A stretch of DNA of 25,368 nt, from the IMG/VR virus record IMGVR_UViG_3300011443_000051, positions 1-25,368 of that record; one strand, written 5' to 3'. The stretch comes from a virus. Its lineage: Duplodnaviria > Caudoviricetes. Each line of letters opens with the position of its first letter. Position 1 is the stretch's first letter. The notes under the pieces are model-generated. The model was given only the letters and a program-made list of their open reading frames with translations. It was not told where the DNA came from and did not search any database. Below are positions 24,538-25,368 of this stretch, in pieces. A program made the position numbers and the translations under genes.

Positions 24538-24568
24538 CCCTTCACTAATAATACTTACGTTATTTCTC
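24538..24568 (-). promoter_or_regulatory. 31-nt repeated motif, copy A (candidate phage promoter)
   Basis: Minus strand GAGAAATAACG-ta-AGTAT-tat-TAGTGAAGGG; 26 of 31 positions identical to 25178..25208; ends 24 nt upstream of the endolysin start. Confidence 0.7.
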
Positions 24569-24623
24569 AGATCCATCACGCGGACTCCTCGAAAACAGCC
24601 ATAAATCATACTTTCGGGTAGTG

Positions 24624-24728
24624 TCACCCCTGACCGTTAGTACTACAGTCGATACAGTTAAGCTTGGGTTTCTTCCCAATGAGTTCGAAGCTAGTAATCT
24701 CCAAAACTTGTACACATTTCGGACACAT
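24624..24728 (-). CDS. Mini CxxC...CxxC zinc-finger ORF (34 aa; 42 aa if started at ATC 24752)
   Basis: Hand translation (IKKKKIWK)MCPKCVQVLEITSFELIGKKPKLNCIDCSTNGQG*; below the ORF track size cut-off. Confidence 0.45.
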   Translation of the reverse strand: MCPKCVQVLEITSFELIGKKPKLNCIDCSTNGQG

Positions 24729-24979
24729 CTTCCAAATCTTCTTCTTTTTGATAGACTCCCCCCTTCCCCATACGGCTGTAGTTGCAGCGGCTTCTTACTA
24801 CTTCCCTCTATTACTCTCTTCTGTTAGCCGTTTCCTAGTGGAGATAGGTTTACGTGTCCTATCAACGTTCCACCGAGGTATCCGTTCCCTTCCTAGTGGA
24901 CGAGAACGTCCCTAGGTGGAGGTACAGTCAGAGGGTAAATATGAAACAACTCCCTTTAACCCGGGAGTTGGGTGTATCC

Positions 24980-25047
24980 ACGGTCGTCGCTGAGTCGAAC
25001 AGCGTTACTCTCCACGGTCAGTGGAGGATGAATCCTCCATAAGACCA
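24980..25047 (-). ncRNA. tRNA-like element (GAC anticodon loop, shortened D-arm)
   Basis: Perfect T-arm CGCTG-TTCGACT-CAGCG; anticodon arm CTCCA-CTGACCG-TGGAG; acceptor TGGTCTT/ACGACCG with one mismatch; D-region about 5 nt short. Confidence 0.5.
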
Positions 25048-25177
25048 AGATCCGTGAGGATGGGATTGCAGCCCCATCTATGTTTGATACGATCACACTC
25101 TATCATGACTGCCAGCATTCGAGCACCCGCTACGCTGCACTCCTACAGCTCCCATCGAGTCGGGAGAAGAAATTTAT

Positions 25178-25208
25178 CCCTTCACTATATATACTATCGT
25201 TATTTCTC
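25178..25208 (-). promoter_or_regulatory. 31-nt repeated motif, copy B (candidate phage promoter)
   Basis: Minus strand GAGAAATAACG-at-AGTAT-ata-TAGTGAAGGG; direct repeat of 24538..24568, 640 nt apart. Confidence 0.7.
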
Positions 25209-25269
25209 GTGGGAGTAACAAGGGTGTGACAAAGTTAACTCTGTCGATGAAGGCTCGGTTTCCCGTTCT

Positions 25270-25298
25270 GGAGTTAGTTTAGTCGATAAACTAACTCC
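25270..25298. other. Perfect 12-bp inverted repeat (terminator or protein-binding site)
   Basis: GGAGTTAGTTTA-gtcga-TAAACTAACTCC, followed by CTTT on the plus strand. Confidence 0.65.
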
Positions 25299-25368
25299 CT
25301 TTACCGTCTTTAGGGGGATTTTTATCGTTTTCTCTGGGAGAATTTTAGAAAATATGAGACAAACCAGC

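Noticed and set aside
24529-24579. 16-aa leader ORF MMDLRNNVSIISEGEK with a GAGGAG RBS just before the endolysin
   Set aside because: Most of it is the repeated promoter-like motif, so its sequence is explained without coding. Translation cannot be excluded.
25052-25110. Additional tRNA around GATGGG-GCTGCAAT-CCCATC
   Set aside because: The loop lacks TTC, and the acceptor and D arms do not pair convincingly.
24760-25177. tmRNA, RNase P RNA or group I intron
   Set aside because: No alanine-type acceptor ends with a tag ORF, and I could not identify the conserved core motifs by eye. Retained only as an unclassified ncRNA candidate.
24621-25218. Plus-strand ORFs 24621..24827, 24664..24915, 24854..25042 and 25021..25218
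   Set aside because: Short, overlapping, motif-free and opposite to the local gene and RNA orientation.

Overview
Virion-morphogenesis arm of a long non-contractile-tailed (siphovirus-type) phage. The protein motifs are of actinobacteriophage type, but by eye the GC content is only about 50%. Almost every gene is on the minus strand. In transcription order (right to left): a ~850-nt largely non-coding, hairpin-rich region with two copies of a 31-nt promoter-like motif; an endolysin; two tRNAs; a glycan-modification cassette (three GT-A-type glycosyltransferases, a SAM methyltransferase, a nucleotide-sugar epimerase); five accessory virion/fibre genes including a 794-aa Ser/Thr/Val repeat protein; small and large terminase; portal; scaffold; major capsid; a lone plus-strand XRE-HTH gene; a GT-B glycosyltransferase; neck genes; tail tube; frameshifted tail chaperones; tape measure with muralytic domains; and two minor tail genes. 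Main observations: (1) the large terminase has an intact ATPase but appears to lack all three usual nuclease aspartates; (2) a self-contained putative virion-glycosylation system sits beside plausible acceptor proteins; (3) a candidate structured ncRNA with a tRNA-like module lies downstream of a phage-specific promoter motif; (4) the tape measure carries an apparently circularly permuted Zn-peptidase domain. All product calls come from motif recognition and synteny; no database searches were run.
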